A stretch of DNA of 64,000 nt from Dimorphilus gyrociliatus. Lineage: Eukaryota; Animalia; Annelida. Shown here piece by piece: positions 1 through 14,900 of this stretch (position 1 is the stretch's first letter; the number at the start of each line of letters is the position of its first letter). Location of the stretch: positions 1,674,001-1,738,000 of the forward strand of contig CAJFCJ010000003.1 in the NCBI GenBank assembly GCA_904063045.1, given 5' to 3'. The notes beneath the pieces were generated by a model. That model worked only from the letters and a program-made list of their open reading frames with translations, had not been told where the DNA came from and did no database searches. The translations under genes and the position numbers were made by a program.

Positions 1-1598
1 CGGAATAGAAAGATGATATGGAAATAGATAAACGCCATTAGGTGTATTACTATGATCTTAGAAAGACATAAAGAAAAGTTACATTTAAAAATTTTTAATT
101 AAGTAATCAATTATGCATGATTTGTGCATTGAATACCTAATAAAAATAACTAGTATTCTGTTTGATATAAATGCGGGATACCCTCCAGTAAGCATATATG
201 TCGTAAATACACTTCACATATTATATATTCGTATAGTAAGCATTAATAAAACTGTTAAATATATATATGAACAGCAATATATATATATTCAGTATATATG
301 TATATTGTATATATTATCGTATTTATATATACAAATACTAGAACAATGCATAATCTATATTAATAAAATTTCGTTTAGAAATATTTCAATGATCATCAAT
401 AGTTTTCTTAACATGCAAATGATATGATATATGTGAGGGGAAATTCGATAAAAAAACGACGCTTCTTTCGATCGTCAATACCAAAGAGTCTATACGGAAT
501 ACATAGGCCTATACCAGATGTGTCCTATAGGCCTATAATAAATAATGCAACGCTCTCAAACGTAATGCGCTAATTCAGAGGGTTGCATATAAAAGTGGTA
601 TTCAGTTTATCTTTGTACCAGTTTAAATGATATCATATGATCGATTCTTTATCTGTCTGATAATAATATAAAAATAATGAGCAATAGATAGCGCTTTATT
701 GAGCTCCACCTAGCGGTAAATATACCAAATCATTTAAGACTACGCCGAGAGGCGTGAAAAAAAGCTATAAAATAGAATAAGCTTTTCACGTTAAATAGTT
801 CAAATCAACTTCTATAGTCGATCATAATGAACAATCATCGGAAGAGGCATGCCCATTTCCAGTGTCTCGTTTCTCTACGATATCTATTTCATTCGTTGTT
901 TTGTCTGTGAGATATAGTGGCTCTTCTAGACTAGAGATAGCTACCTAACATTCATATTTTGTATGCCCCTTCACTTCACCAAACAGAAAAGAACCCTAGA
1001 GAATAGTTTCTTCCATCTTTTGAATAAAAAAGATAATATGAACTGACAATGTCAGGAAAATTTTAAGTTTCATTTTCATATTATGAGATGTTAGCCTCAT
1101 TTCAATCAAATTTAAATGAATTATATATCAACCAATATCTATTGAATTCTTTCGTAACTTATTGATTATAAAATAACAAGTGGGGAAAAGCCTTTTCCAG
1201 TTAACTTTCATAGTAAGTATTAAGTATCTCTTTTACTACTTTCGAAGTCTTTTTTATATAATAAAATCTGATGTAAACGTTTAACATTTTTGGGTAACTT
1301 TTGCTCAATCAATTAGTAAATACTGTCTCCTGTAAAAGGAAATGTTTTGAAGTTGATGCTGATTAAAATCTAAATTAGAGATGCCACAAGATTAAACTAG
1401 TATGATATATTATACTTTAGTAAACCTTAAGTATAATTATATTCCGGAGATAACGCCGCTTATTTTAACGGTGCTAAAAACCAATATCTTTCATGTCTTC
1501 ATCTTAGTTGAAACAGTACACACGCAGATTATGTTTTGAAATATATCAAAGCTCATTCCTCTTTTTTTTCCTAGTTATTCGTTCTACAGCATTAATAT

Positions 1599-3605
1599 TT
1601 AACGACTGTCTAGAAGAGCCACTATCTTCCCTTTTATAACAACGTCCGGTATATCATCTTCTAGAATCCAATCTCCGTTGTCGTCGAACTTGTCGTTTTC
1701 ATCCGGTTCGTCCCAAAACGGCAAACGCAGAATTAGACCGGTTACTACTCCACCCAAGATAGCGATTCCTAGTGTTACAAAGATCGCAGCAAGCTGATAG
1801 AGAGCTTGAGAAGAAGCGGATCTGCCTGATCCGGGCTCGATCAGGTAGTCCTAAATAGAAATATATCGTGAGATCTCGAATGTATAATGTTATTTCATAT
1901 ACTTACTTCATTTGTTAAATTAGATTTTAATATACCTTCTACTGGTGCTCGAGATGGGTAGATTATATAGAGTCTGTAGACATTTTACAGGGGGATTTAC
2001 TAATAGTCACGCGACTAGTCTTTCAACTAAAATGTATCGACTACCACAGGCATCGATTATACCTATTCTACTTATACACTCCAAGAGACATTGATTATAC
2101 GTTATTTATTTTTGCAGTAATACTCACGAATTTCCGTAATCACTCTCTTTTGCCACACCAGCCGCGATAATACCAATTATACCAGCCAAAATACCAGGAA
2201 CTCCATGCAAATTATGTACCCCACATGTATCGTGAAGTTTTATTCTCTCTAGAAGTGGTTGTAAATATTCAAAACCCATAGTTGATACTATACCAGCAAG
2301 CGAACCAATAAGTAGCGCTCCCCATCCATTCAACATTAGATCTGCCGTAGTTCCAATTGCCACTCCACCAGCCAATGCGGCATTTTGGATGTGGACCATA
2401 TTAAATTTACCTTGTTTATGAACTAAAGATGACACAATAAAAGTCAATACAGTACATGCTGCTAAACTGTAGTAAGTATTTATAATAGCCCTTAATTGGC
2501 CGTCGGGAGTTACCGCTATTGCCGAATTGAATGAAGGCCAAAACAACCATAAAAATATCGAACCAATCATAGCAAACAAATCAGAATGGTACATGGAAGA
2601 GGCTTTCTCTTCAGCTGCTTTCGTAGTGTTTGGATTAAATGCGGTACGAGCAACTGCAAGACCAAAGTAAGCTCCAAAAATATGAACTATAATCGAGCCA
2701 CCAACATCAGAAATGTGGAAATGTTCCAACAAAATATATTCATTTGCAAATTTAAGCACGACCTCAACGAGCGCCATAAATAATAATTGTAAGGGACTAA
2801 ATTTTCCAAGGACGGCTCCGAAGCTAATTAAGACAGCAGCTGCCGTAAAGTCAGAGTTCAGCAAGCTGGAAGTACATTACTTTAAATTCTAGCACAAAAT
2901 TAAAAATTTGAAAGTATCTAACGTTAGAATATCGAGTTCAACAGTATCATGTCCTTCAAGAAGGAATAAACCATGAAAAATTGTTGCCCATTGAATAGTA
3001 AACGCAGATATTAAAAAATTTAAACCAACAGCTCCAAACCCGTACTTTTTCAAAAACGTCATTAAAAAGCCAAAACCAATAAACATCATAACATGAACGT
3101 CTTGAAACACTAGTTCGTGAAAGAGAAAAACTTATATCATTACTTAACTATAATGGAGAGCATCATTCTACATCTTATGAATAGATGATATATAGAATAT
3201 GCCATTGTTATGATATATCTTTGTGAGTAAAACATGTCACAACAAAGCAGGGGAAAAGTCTATGATAAGACTTTGTACAAAGAGTTTTATATTCAGTGAA
3301 AAGAAAATGTTAACTATAATTTTAATAAAATATATGTCATTTTGGTTGTGAACTGAAGTTTAAATCGTTAGAGAGTGGTCAAATGGGAAAAGTATTGATT
3401 GTGCAGATGTAATGTGTAAAATAAAAATTATTATTATACTTGGATAAGCATTCAGATTTAACGTTGATATCAGTCTATGATGTTTCGTTGGATCTGCTTC
3501 AGGGCTGTACTCTCCTAAAGATGCAAAGAGAATGATAAAGACAAGTTGGCAGATAGATGTAAAAGCTACAAAACGTAGCTTCTTTCCCATTCCTTCTGCG
3601 ATCAT
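1599..3605 (-). CDS. Rh-type ammonium/CO2 transporter (Rhag/Rhbg/Rhcg family), 5 coding exons
   Basis: Phase-consistent GT-AG exons: 3605 (or ATG 3590)-3440, 3109-2923, 2865-2128, 1973-1907, 1850-1599 (TAA). Rh motifs: [37 protein letters not shown], twin His in VHIFGAYFG and [32 protein letters not shown], and C-terminal [24 protein letters not shown]. Confidence 0.95.
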
Positions 3606-5460
3606 GCTGTCGAAAGTGAATATATAAAAATGTAAATTCTTTTATTTCGAATTGCTTCTGGACAGTACCTACAATGTGAATAATTTGAACGAAATCTAAC
3701 GCAAAATGCTGAATGACCATGTATTTAATATAAAATATATATTATGGTTTAAAATACAAAGCTAGTTCACGTAGTCAAATTCGATATAATTGCATGCGAC
3801 ATCTCTTGAAGAGAGAATTTGCGTTGTCAAATAGCCAGCTGAGCAGCAGTGTGCCTATAAATTTTAAATTTTTTTAGATTAACTCTTAATTACATCTTTG
3901 AAGTTTTTTACGCGTAGATAAATTAAATATAGTGACTGTTGATTAATGAATTTTTACTTAATAAAGAAAATTTACCCTATACAATCTTAATAAATTATTC
4001 ACTGTTTTAGAGTTCAAGCAAGACTATCACCAAATTATTATATTTTAAATCTTACCTAAAGAAAAATTAGTTTTCACTAGAAAAAAACTCTGCAAAGATA
4101 ACCAACTATGAAACAGGTGATCTTCTGAAAGAAGTATTTTATAGAATAACTCTTTAGATATCGCATAAAACATGGAATGTCACATGATTTAGCATTTCAA
4201 TCACTTTAACTTCGAATTGAATAGATATTTCTAGTTGAACTTGAATCATATATTTATATTCATATAAAGTATTTCCATTTAAGTATGATATTCTTAGTTA
4301 AGTCATTGTGAAGGTATAAAAGATAAGTCTTTTGATCAACTATTAAAATTATTACCATTTGAACGAAAGTTTTTTGAATTAGAAATCTTACGTCTCAAAC
4401 TTTTAGTATTAAATTTAGCATTACAGAATTTCAATCCAGCCTATCGCCCATGTAACAGGAGTGCTTGAAAGCTAAGTTGGAATTATCTCAAAGTCAGATT
4501 AAATGAAATAAGACTTGGGTATATCATATGTATAAATATCGCACGCATCATTGTTGTATTTTGTTAACAGTTTTACAGACAACATTTCGCTGTAAAAATC
4601 CTATGTATAACAAACAAATTCTTTTGCCCTAAAATGAATTAAGAAAACTTAGGCACAAATTCTTTAAAATAACAATGACAAGATAAATGATAAACAGAAA
4701 CTGAGACGCAATATGTAGAGAGCATACATAATTGATACATAAACTTTTCGAATGAATCCGTTTGAGCATTGCGGCATGAATTTATATTTGTTTGCTTATT
4801 GAATCTCTTACGGGTTTTACATATAATTAATATGTAAAAAAAAATAGTGAACAAATGAATGAAATTGTTGAAATGGTTTTTATGGCAATGCAAACATCAC
4901 CAAACCCGACATCTCTTTGCTATAAGAAATCAGTAGAAAATTCTTTTCCCATCACGTGCGACTATACAACAAGCCCATCTGCATTTTTATAAGACGCTTA
5001 TGACAATTTGTTATAGCAAAAACTGCTCACTATATATACATCTATATGTATACATGAGTTAGATACAAAACAAGATCCTATTATCATTAAAACTTTGAAG
5101 AGCCATGTGAACATAAGTTTTCGATATTTTATAGAACTATTTTAAGATAGGATAATATACTGTACTTCATATTGTGAAAATTTTCGTAACCCAAACAGAT
5201 AGGATACAAAAATTTTTCAAAAGATTAATTTTCAAACCAAAATATCGCAATGAAATTTGAATGACTATCTGCTTGAATTTGTCAAACTATCAAATTAATT
5301 ATGGTTGCAATATATATTTCCTAAATTTTCAATTAAAGTTTCACCCCTAAAATTCACGTATTTTGTTACCTTATATGGCTAGACAAAGTATCATAAAAAC
5401 AGGAGCAGATTTTGTGCTAAAATATATATATATATATTGGTATAAATATATATAAATGAT

Positions 5461-5462
<2 letters not shown>

Positions 5463-5496
<34 letters not shown>
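5463..5496. repeat. (TA)n microsatellite
   Basis: About 17 perfect TA units, with shorter TA runs just upstream. Confidence 0.95.
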
Positions 5497-5500
<4 letters not shown>

Positions 5501-5971
5501 TTTCAATATGAAGTGTACATATATTGCGTATCCTGTATGTACAGATGCATAAACAGAACACTTATAACAAATACAATATACAGATTAACAGCAGCCGAGC
5601 AGCGGTACATTCGCTAACATATTTACAATTAATTTATAATTACACTAAAGCAATATATACGTTACTGCAGACGACGAAACTACACCGTTCTGTACAACTA
5701 TATTTTTTCATCCAAACGTTTCCTTCAAAATTAAAACGAGTTACTAGGCGGACTGGAGGAAAACAACCGGCTGAGCTGAGCTCGTCGGTGATGTAGGCAC
5801 TGATGAAGCAACGGTTGTTACTGCTGCATTCCTGCCGGATGGCAGATTTTATTAAATGAATACAACTATAAAATTTATAATGGAAAAGAGCACTAAAAAA
5901 AGCATTCTGAAGAAAAGTCATGCAAAATCACCTGTTTTAACCGATCAGTTTTCTTCCTTACTTTCCCAAAT

Positions 5972-8900
5972 TTAGTATCCTTGACCGCCGTTACCACCGC
6001 CTAAAAATTTTAAGAATAAAAAGAATAAAAAAGAGGAAAAAGGGAGGTCATGCACGAATTTGAAGTAGTTGTGTAACCTCATTTAGTTTTTGATGCTACG
6101 ACATTTTTGTTATTTCCTTTATTCATTATTTCAGCCGATTTTTAATTTAGAAACCGACATTTAGTGTCCATATAGACGTTAGGTCAAGAAAACTATTTTA
6201 ATTTAGACTATCGTTGATCAAAAACTAAAATATTATTTAAAAATTACAATAAACGAAAGGGTTTTATTTATAACAACTATAAAAAGTGTTCATGTATGGA
6301 AAGATTACTAGAGAAAAATTAAATTATTTTAAAAACTAATTTTTATTTATATAACCTTGTTGCATAGAATAAGCGCCTTGCGCCGGCGGTGGATTCTGAC
6401 CTTGATAACCAGGCCACTGACCCATCGGCATCCCATATCCTTGCTGTCCATAATAACCCTGAAGAATAGTTTATTATATTAATTAAGAAAGCACTTATAT
6501 ATAAAATGATGAGTTAAGAAACATATGCAAGTAAAAACGGTGAAAAAGCTCCTCGTACTTGTTGATAAGGAGGAACGCTATATCCTCCTCCTTGAACACC
6601 ATATCCTTGCTGTCCATAACCGTAACCATAACCCATTTGAGGGGGTGCTCCGTAATAACCTGCATTAGCAGCACCGGCTGGAGCAGTATACTGGGTCTAT
6701 TTAATGTTATAAATACATTTTAGAAGATAAAGCATAGGAATTTATTAAATGTTTTTACCGTTGCACTACCGCCTACGTCTGGACTTTCTTTTCCCCATGA
6801 ACACTTAACAATATGGCCAGCGATTTCCGTTCCATGATACTTAATTATAGCATTTGTTGCGCATTCTTTATTGTCGTACCGAACGAAAGCATATCCCTTG
6901 TCTTTAAATACCCTAACTTCTTGTATATTCCCCAATTCTCCAAAAGTCTGGTGCATTAATTCCTCTGCAAGAAAAAAAGAATAGAATTTCTTTCTGTTAC
7001 AAGCTGCGCCACCAACCGGTTAAACCAGATAATATGCCACCGACATATACGGTACAATTTGTGGGCGAACTTTGTCCAAAAACCTCATCATAAGTCAATT
7101 GTTTTTGGTCTGAAACCAGAATGGAATAGTTATAGTATATAGTCTGGAAAATGACACATATAGTTTGATATTATGAAATGTCTTACTTCTAGCATCTTGT
7201 GGTGCTGAAGGCTTTCGGCTAGCCCAGTTTGTTCGAATTGCTCGCGAACCAATCCACTGTCCATTCATTCCTTGGATAGCATTTTCCGCATCCTAAACAC
7301 AAAAAAGAAATTGGCTTATTTCTGTTTAACAACGATTGACATCCGCCGACGGCGGAAACAGAGCAGGAAGAACTCGGCGAAGAGCGGTAAATTAACTTAT
7401 TTTCCCTCTATTCCGCAAATGTATGAGTGATTAAGGATAGTACATTATGCTCCATTAAAAGTCATCATTACTTTGAACGTAGGTCATACCGAATAATTTC
7501 ATCATATATCCGCCAATTAATCAAGTAATTTTCGGTTGTTGGTAAGCTGAGAGCTTAGTTTTTTTTTTGCTACCAATGCAAACTTTCGTTTTGAATATAG
7601 TTTGCAGGCTGTTTATGTTAATACAGTGAAAGATAAACTTCTAGTGAGCATATTTTCCCTATATAAACGTACGGCTTAAACGGTAAATGTAATTTACGCG
7701 CATCGTCTATTGAATAATTTAGTCGAGAACAGTCAGAATCATTCGGCTTTCCTTTTTTTTTTTACAGAGCACGGTCAAGCCGACCGACTATAGTTACAGC
7801 CCGAGGCGGTCAGTCCTTAAAGTAGTTGACAGTTCTGCAATTGCTTCAATTCGCCTTACATTGCCATCAAGCAGGCACCGTCTAGCTTTATTTAACTCGA
7901 TATTAAAAGGCGGCCGCATGATAGATATGAATGAAAAGGCTAGACTCATTGCTTATTCCGTCCTCGCCCAACGCTCTGGCAATTAGAATCCGCTCCGCCC
8001 GCCTTTTGTTCTCCTATTCTATTCTAATACCGCCTACAAACCTCTTTCTTGACGAACGACACGAAACCGTAGCCCTTGGATTTGAGTGTATGTGGATCCT
8101 TGATTATTTTTACGTCACTGAAAAAAATTTTAAATATAAAACAGGTCAGCTTAATATCGAAGTGCATAGGAATAAAAAATTGAGACGCGTTCGTTGTCCT
8201 TGAAGGCGCCGACTACAATAATATATATCTGCGCTAGCCGGCAACCGGTTGATTGAATTGCCGTCAATTCAGTCCCAAACCCTTACGTAATCGGCTTCGT
8301 TAAGCGTTATAGAAAATAAACATTTCATACAATAGACGCCTTTTTTTAAGGAGTGTAAACAGTGGATCCGAACAGAAATCGTCTAACTAAAAAAACTAGA
8401 TATGCTGCAGTCAGGCCTCAGAGACAAAAAGCAGATAACGAGGCGCCGGCTAACAAATCGATGCGGATACATTCTTTCCGCTAATCAGCAACGGCACAGG
8501 CGTTCGTGTACACAATAAGCGACCGATTACTCGACGCCCGACATACAGAAAATCTCTCCCTAATTCGTCGCCCTTAAAGTAAGGTGTCGTTCGGCCTAAA
8601 TAATCAACAAACCGTGACACAGTCGCATTAGCGTCGAATCAATATTTACATTTTTGTTGTTGCATGAACACGCTTTCCGCATTGTCCGAGCGAAACCGAA
8701 AGAAATCGATAAAAAACGATGAGATTTTTCACCCTTTCCCTCTACACAATTTCCTCCATTGCACTGGGTCACCAACTCAGGTCAAGCGAGTTAGCTTTTT
8801 TCTTTTCAACACCAAGGCTCTAAATTTAGATCGGCTAAAATAATATTAAGGTGATCAACACAATAGAGGAAAATCGAGACTATAAACATAAACTATTCAG

Positions 8901-11900
8901 CCGGCGGAACCAAACAAAAACAGGTGCAAATGCCAAACTCTTTTACAATGTTGACAGATGTTGAAGCTTGTGCATTTGGCATGCGCCGACTGCAGTCGTA
9001 ATTTACGCAATACGCGCGCCTTCATACATATTACTTTTTTATTTAACAATGAGAAAACGCTAGGTGGCGTTTTTAGATAGCTTTACGAGAGTCGTGTATC
9101 AAAATTATTGCACTACTTGACCGTGCAAGAGAGCGTTTAGGCACTTAATCATAAAAACAGAAACGCCACCAACCAACCAGAAGCAGACAGTAACAAACTA
9201 CTTGACTGTCAAAGTACAGAACAGGTCACTCGACATTCTAATCCACTAATAGGCCATGCAGCGTTGCAGAGTCCCGCGAGAGTAGCGTACCATCTAACGT
9301 CCCAGCGTCATTTTTCCCTCATATCGATTCACTATACCGACTTGCTCAACCTTAAAGGCGTCTATTTACTGGCGCTAGCGTCTCCCTAACCGACCCCGTT
9401 ATCTGCCCCGAATCAACGCGGTAGCTCATCCAGGAAATGATAGGAAATAAGCGAGTGGCGCTGTCCGTTTCATTCATCAATTCTCATTCTTTTTCCTCTC
9501 GTGTTCATTAAAATGATTAAACGCTTCCCCTATTGTTACTTGTCGAGAGAGTAAAAAAGCAATACTTACGATATGACTCCGAACGGAGTGAAAGCGTCTC
9601 TCAGCTGATGCGGTTCGATATCCGGACTCAAGTCTCCGACGAATATATGGAAATGTTCTGTAAGCAAAAACAAAGACTAAAAAAAAACATCAAAGTCTAC
9701 TAAGCAGCTTTTACAGCCTTATTCATAATAATGTATACATCTAATACATGATGTGCACAGTCGCTGTAGGAGAGTAGCATAAACGAAGAATTTTCATGCG
9801 ATATCACATGAAAAACAGATAAAAGCAGATACAGTCACGCAAACGCCTGGGACATAACCGCACCTGCCTCTTTCAGGTTGTTTAATAGCTACATTTATTA
9901 TTAGTACTTACGTAATTAACGATTATTTTGGAATAAAAGCTCATACGCATTGACGAAATATTGAATGTCTAAAACTGATTTCAGGGTCTAACTGAAAGAG
10001 TGTCTTAGACATAGACAGCTTTTAACAATTTTTCATTAAATTTGCGTGCCATATGCATACAATGCTACAACCCATTTAAATGCATGATCGAGCAAGCGTA
10101 GAGTCAGATATACGACTTTTAAACAGCTATTAAGAGAACAGACGTTAAAACGTCAAGAAAAAGCTAAAGCCATACAAACGCTATGTGCAATATACATTAG
10201 TTTATATATCCCAAAGTTATCCTAATACCGATAAATAAATGTTTTCCAGTATATAAGAACATTTTAGAGATTCATATCGAAAAACATTTAGCCTGTATCG
10301 CTTAATTAAACTTAATGTACAATGCATACTTATTTATCAAAGACAACTTAAGTTAACAGAAAGAAAAAAAAGATGAAATAAGAGGGTGGAAAAACTCTGC
10401 ATAACAACGGCTAGTCATATAACTCAAATGAATGGGAAAAGAAACGGCAAAATAAACTGGCATCATCTCATTTCGACTGGCAATGCCACAATACTGGCGT
10501 TCGGCAATCAGCAACCGCACGCTATCGAAACGTGTCTAGGACTGCATCAGCGGCAGCAAGTCGTAGTCACGACAGCGAGTAATCACGGTATATATAGTTT
10601 TTAAAGAGGGAAAATTTTCTACCCCTTTTTCTACAGGGTCACTCGAGGATAAACATGATGAGAATTCGCAAATAATGCAAGATATAGGCATATTCAAGGC
10701 AATCAATAGCCAAGCTGACATCTTGCTCTACCATCTTTCATTCTGAACGGAATATCGTTGCACTTAAGACATCTATATATCACTCTGGATAGTTGTATTT
10801 GTCGTTTCTAGTAAGTCATATACATGTGCGTGCAAGTGAAAACACATCGATACGAAGAAGAAAAACCACACTCTGTCATACTATCGATCCGAACGTAACC
10901 GGACCGAAAATTCCTGTGTACACATTTACCTGAAACGGATACGACTTATCTATCCCGTTAATTGCCAAAATCCGGTGTCTAATTGTCGACGAAACAATAA
11001 ACGTTATTCATAGTATTTTACTGACAAACTTGCTAAAACTGTTACTAATATCATGTTTATCCGTTCTCGACAAGTGAATTAACAATAGGGTCAGTTAATA
11101 AAACTCGTTCCCAGGTAAAAATATTTTCTAGATTTTGTCCTTCAAGAGCTGTAGATTTAGTATACCTTTACTAATCGAAACTAAGCAGGCCGCTGTTGAT
11201 ACATCACACTCTCTTCTCATCCATCTTCAATACCTACTCTATTCTCATCTCACCAACAATACGTAATTGGCAAAGTCTCATTAGAAATAGTCTTTCCGGT
11301 GGATACGAAAATGGATGCATATTACAAACAAATTAAACTGTGTACCATATGTACATAAAATACAAAGAAAACAGTGAATGCACATACATTCTATACACGT
11401 ACACTCTTACATATGCATACATACACGCATAAATTCCAACTGACAATAATCATACAAGTGAAACAACATAAAATAATTATTTATAAATTCCCCAATACGT
11501 TTGGATTCAGCAGGCCTTGTTGTAATCCGTTTAAGCAAAACCGAAACAATAAGTCTTGAGATGCAGTACTCCCTTATAACTTTTCCCTACAGCCCCTCTA
11601 ACATATCATGCAAGGATGCAATTAAGACCAACGTTTATCATGCAATCTTTCTATCGGTTTGCCGACAAAAGACTCTTTAAACAATTGTTCTTATTTTTTA
11701 TACTCAGCACCCCTTGTTTTCACTTTTTGGGGAAGGAGGCAAGGCAAACCAATTTGCAAAACAAAGCTTTATGCTATCTACAAATTCTAACATTCTTTTA
11801 CAATGGTGGGTGAAGACAATTTCTTATCGGACTGTGTGAGCCGTGATCGAGTATATATGTGATAGGCATGGAAGAAAGCGTCCACGCGCGAAATAATTGA

Positions 11901-14900
11901 TCGCATCCGAAATGTCGCGTCGAAACGGCACGCGTTTAGATGAACTCGCTCCGTTATGCAACTAGAGTTTACCATCAAAGAATTTACCGGGATAGACGGC
12001 GCTTAAGCTATTGGTATTAGTGACAGAGGTCATATTCGCCCTCAGGCCATACTATAGCAAACTTCTCTCCGATGCTGTCATTACGTTCAATCCCGCTCCG
12101 AGCGAAGCGTCACTAGCGTTGCTCATTACTAACAATGCAAATCGATAGAGGACGCGTCAAACAAGAAAAGAGAAATAGAGAGAAATTAATTACAACAACG
12201 TCGCAAGCCCAAAACCGTTAATAATTGAGAACGCAATCAACAAAATCGGCTGTACCAAGAGTCGGTAATTATTATTATTATCCGTCCTACTCTGTTATCA
12301 AATATTCATCGCTACCTCCATACAAAAAATAACGTATAAACATCTGTTCTCTTCGAAATAAAATCGACATCGATTGGAAAACAATAGGAGAAATCGTCTA
12401 CAAGCCGCGGGGCACGTCCATTTGCAGCGTCCACTACTTCAGTCACACCTTCGATAAACGTCTAAGTACTTGTGTGACCATCCAGCCTAATTAAAGGTCA
12501 CACGGCACGCTTCAATTACACGCCTTGTTAAGCCAATAAACACAATGCTCTTTACTATACATAAGCTACAATCCTAGAAAATTTTTCTTTCATTTTTTTA
12601 TAAATGGCTTGCATCTCATTATCAAATGCTTTAGAATGTACAGTTTTGTTTAGAATTCGTAATTTTATAGTTTAGATGCAATACTTTACTACTTTAAAAT
12701 TTCAACATATAAACCGAAAGAAGAGAAAATAACAGATAATAATTTGATACTCACTACTAGTGTCTGTCTTTGGCGCGGAGTTCCCTGGTGAACTGGCCCA
12801 GTTTACCTTCATTTCCTGTGACGAAGAGACAATTGACATTCAGAATTATTTTGTAAAAATAAAGGATTAGTCTGTGATAAATCATTTGTTTGTCAACGAC
12901 TGAAATTCTTTAAAAAATGATCCAAATAAATATAACACATCACAAGCTTGTGTGCTTCTTCACCTGCGAATGCCATTTCATAACAAAATACAGAAGAGCT
13001 GCCCTTTTTCTCGATAAATGCTAAACTGCACTTTGTTAATAGAATAGGTGTTGAACACACATTGTGTAAACACACATGACTGTAAAACGTACCGCAATCG
13101 GTGAAGTAATACCATTTGCTTGCGCAGCCAAAGCAGCAGCAACCCGCTGCTGCTGGAGTAAGGCAGCGGAAGCCGGATAAACGGCTGCCGAAGTTGGAAT
13201 GATGGGAAGAGAAGGAGCAGCAGGTACAACAAAAACATGTTCTGGAAGAGCGGCCGGCGCAGCCATGGCGACCAAAGGTGTTCCTGCGGCGGCCGAAGCT
13301 GCGCAAGCGCTTAAACTCTGAACGTACACCGTCTTGACGAAATAAATTATCTTCGTTCAAAAAATTGTAAAAACACACACTGACAAAAGCGTCTAGTCCG
13401 TACAGCGTCGTCGGCCACAATGATGCCGGACGAAAGGCGTCGATAGAGGGCGTGTATTGCAGCGTTGCTGCTGCCGCTGCAAAATATGCTGCGTATACTC
13501 ACAATACACCTGTCAGGCGCCAGCTGACACAGTCCCAGTTCGCTTAAATCTCACTTTTAGTTCTTTTGTGTCTAGCTATTTCTAAGTCTAAGTTATCTCT
13601 GGAAATAAATTCGTCTATCTGTATTTATTTCGAATAACTTCAATAAATCAACACTATCATTTTTAAAATTAGGTAAAATCGGGAATAAAACTCTACACGT
13701 ACTGTAGTTTTAGTATATAAACAAAAGTATCAGAATTATTGCTAGATGCCTTAGGCTAACAATTACCTTTTCTTTTCTCTCGTTTCTTACAATTTTTTTA
13801 GAAAAGAGCGATTTGTCTCACGAGAGATGCAGGCTCGTTCGCATTATGCCACTCAAGAGACGGCGCCGTGTCACGGGTGCCGATGCACGATCGAATCGCT
13901 GATGCATTCCCCATTTAATCTTCTCCATTAAAAGCCGCAATATAAGATGGACAATATCCTCTAGCCACGCAACTGTATAATGTCACAGTATATTCGAAAA
14001 ACATAATCATCATCAATAATTCAGAGTACGCCAGAAATTCGCCAACGTGCATACGGGTGACGCATACAGGAGGTGATGGATCACGTCAGGAGACAGCCGT
14101 GACGTCTACCGCAAAGAGCGGTCTCTCATTTTTAAACATTTGAACTTAAAATTGTGTTTTTGCTACATTCAAATATATATATATAATGCTGAACGATATT
14201 ATATACTTGATTACAATTTGACTTTTAGTTTAAATAATTACTGCCAAAATATGCGCTTAATATTTATTCTATGTGTATTATTATTATTTAAATTTGAGTA
14301 CCCAGGCTAGGAACGAGATAATAATTTACATCTTGTGAGTATTAAGTAGACTAGCATCTCTAGCTCTTATATTTTAGCTTAGTAGTCTTTTTTCTCTAGT
14401 TCTTCTCTCTCTATAGGCGACCGCCTTAACGCAATTTGCTGCACCGGCGTAAAGCTCGCGGGAAATATGGCTAAAACGATTACGACGCATAAATTCTTCG
14501 CTAATCACTTTATTAATGCGAAACGACGCGCTGATGATTCACACAGTAACACATGTTTTCGCACATTCTGATCATTCTATACTTCGTCCGTCGCCATTCA
14601 TCCTCTAGTCAGCTTACAAAGCGGACAAACTCAATAAGAGTCCACTGATACAAACAATCGTGAGGAAACGACTACTCCCCTTACTCGCTTGGCTTTCCAG
14701 GCATTTAGAAGTCTCCGTCTTGAAAGCAGCTTTTCCAGTATTGGGTATTTGTAAGTGTCACGTCACGTGACCAAGGCTTGTCAAAGACTTTTTATGATGA
14801 AATTTCGATTTCACAAGTTATAAGTGAAAAATGATGTGTAAAACGAATTTCAAAAGTTGAAATTCATTTTTTTAAATAAGATTATTATACTATTATTTCA

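Noticed and set aside
113-427. 104-aa plus-strand ORF
   Set aside because: Ile/Tyr/Asn-rich translation of very AT-rich, TA-repeat-like DNA with no protein-like motifs.
9912-9991. Further pseudo-exon in a TIAR intron (donor tac|gtaagt, acceptors at 9991 or 9968, both giving stops)
   Set aside because: No U-rich tract follows the donor, and such sites are expected by chance in AT-rich introns.
10625-10640. miR-10-like seed ACCCTGTAGA on the minus strand
   Set aside because: The match stops after 10 nt and no precursor hairpin is evident.
12893-13420. 175-aa and 86-aa alternative minus-strand frames overlapping the Ala-rich TIAR exon
   Set aside because: GC-rich Ala codons leave all frames stop-poor. 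The 175-aa frame needs retention of the 52-nt intron and a TTG start, so there is no support for dual coding.
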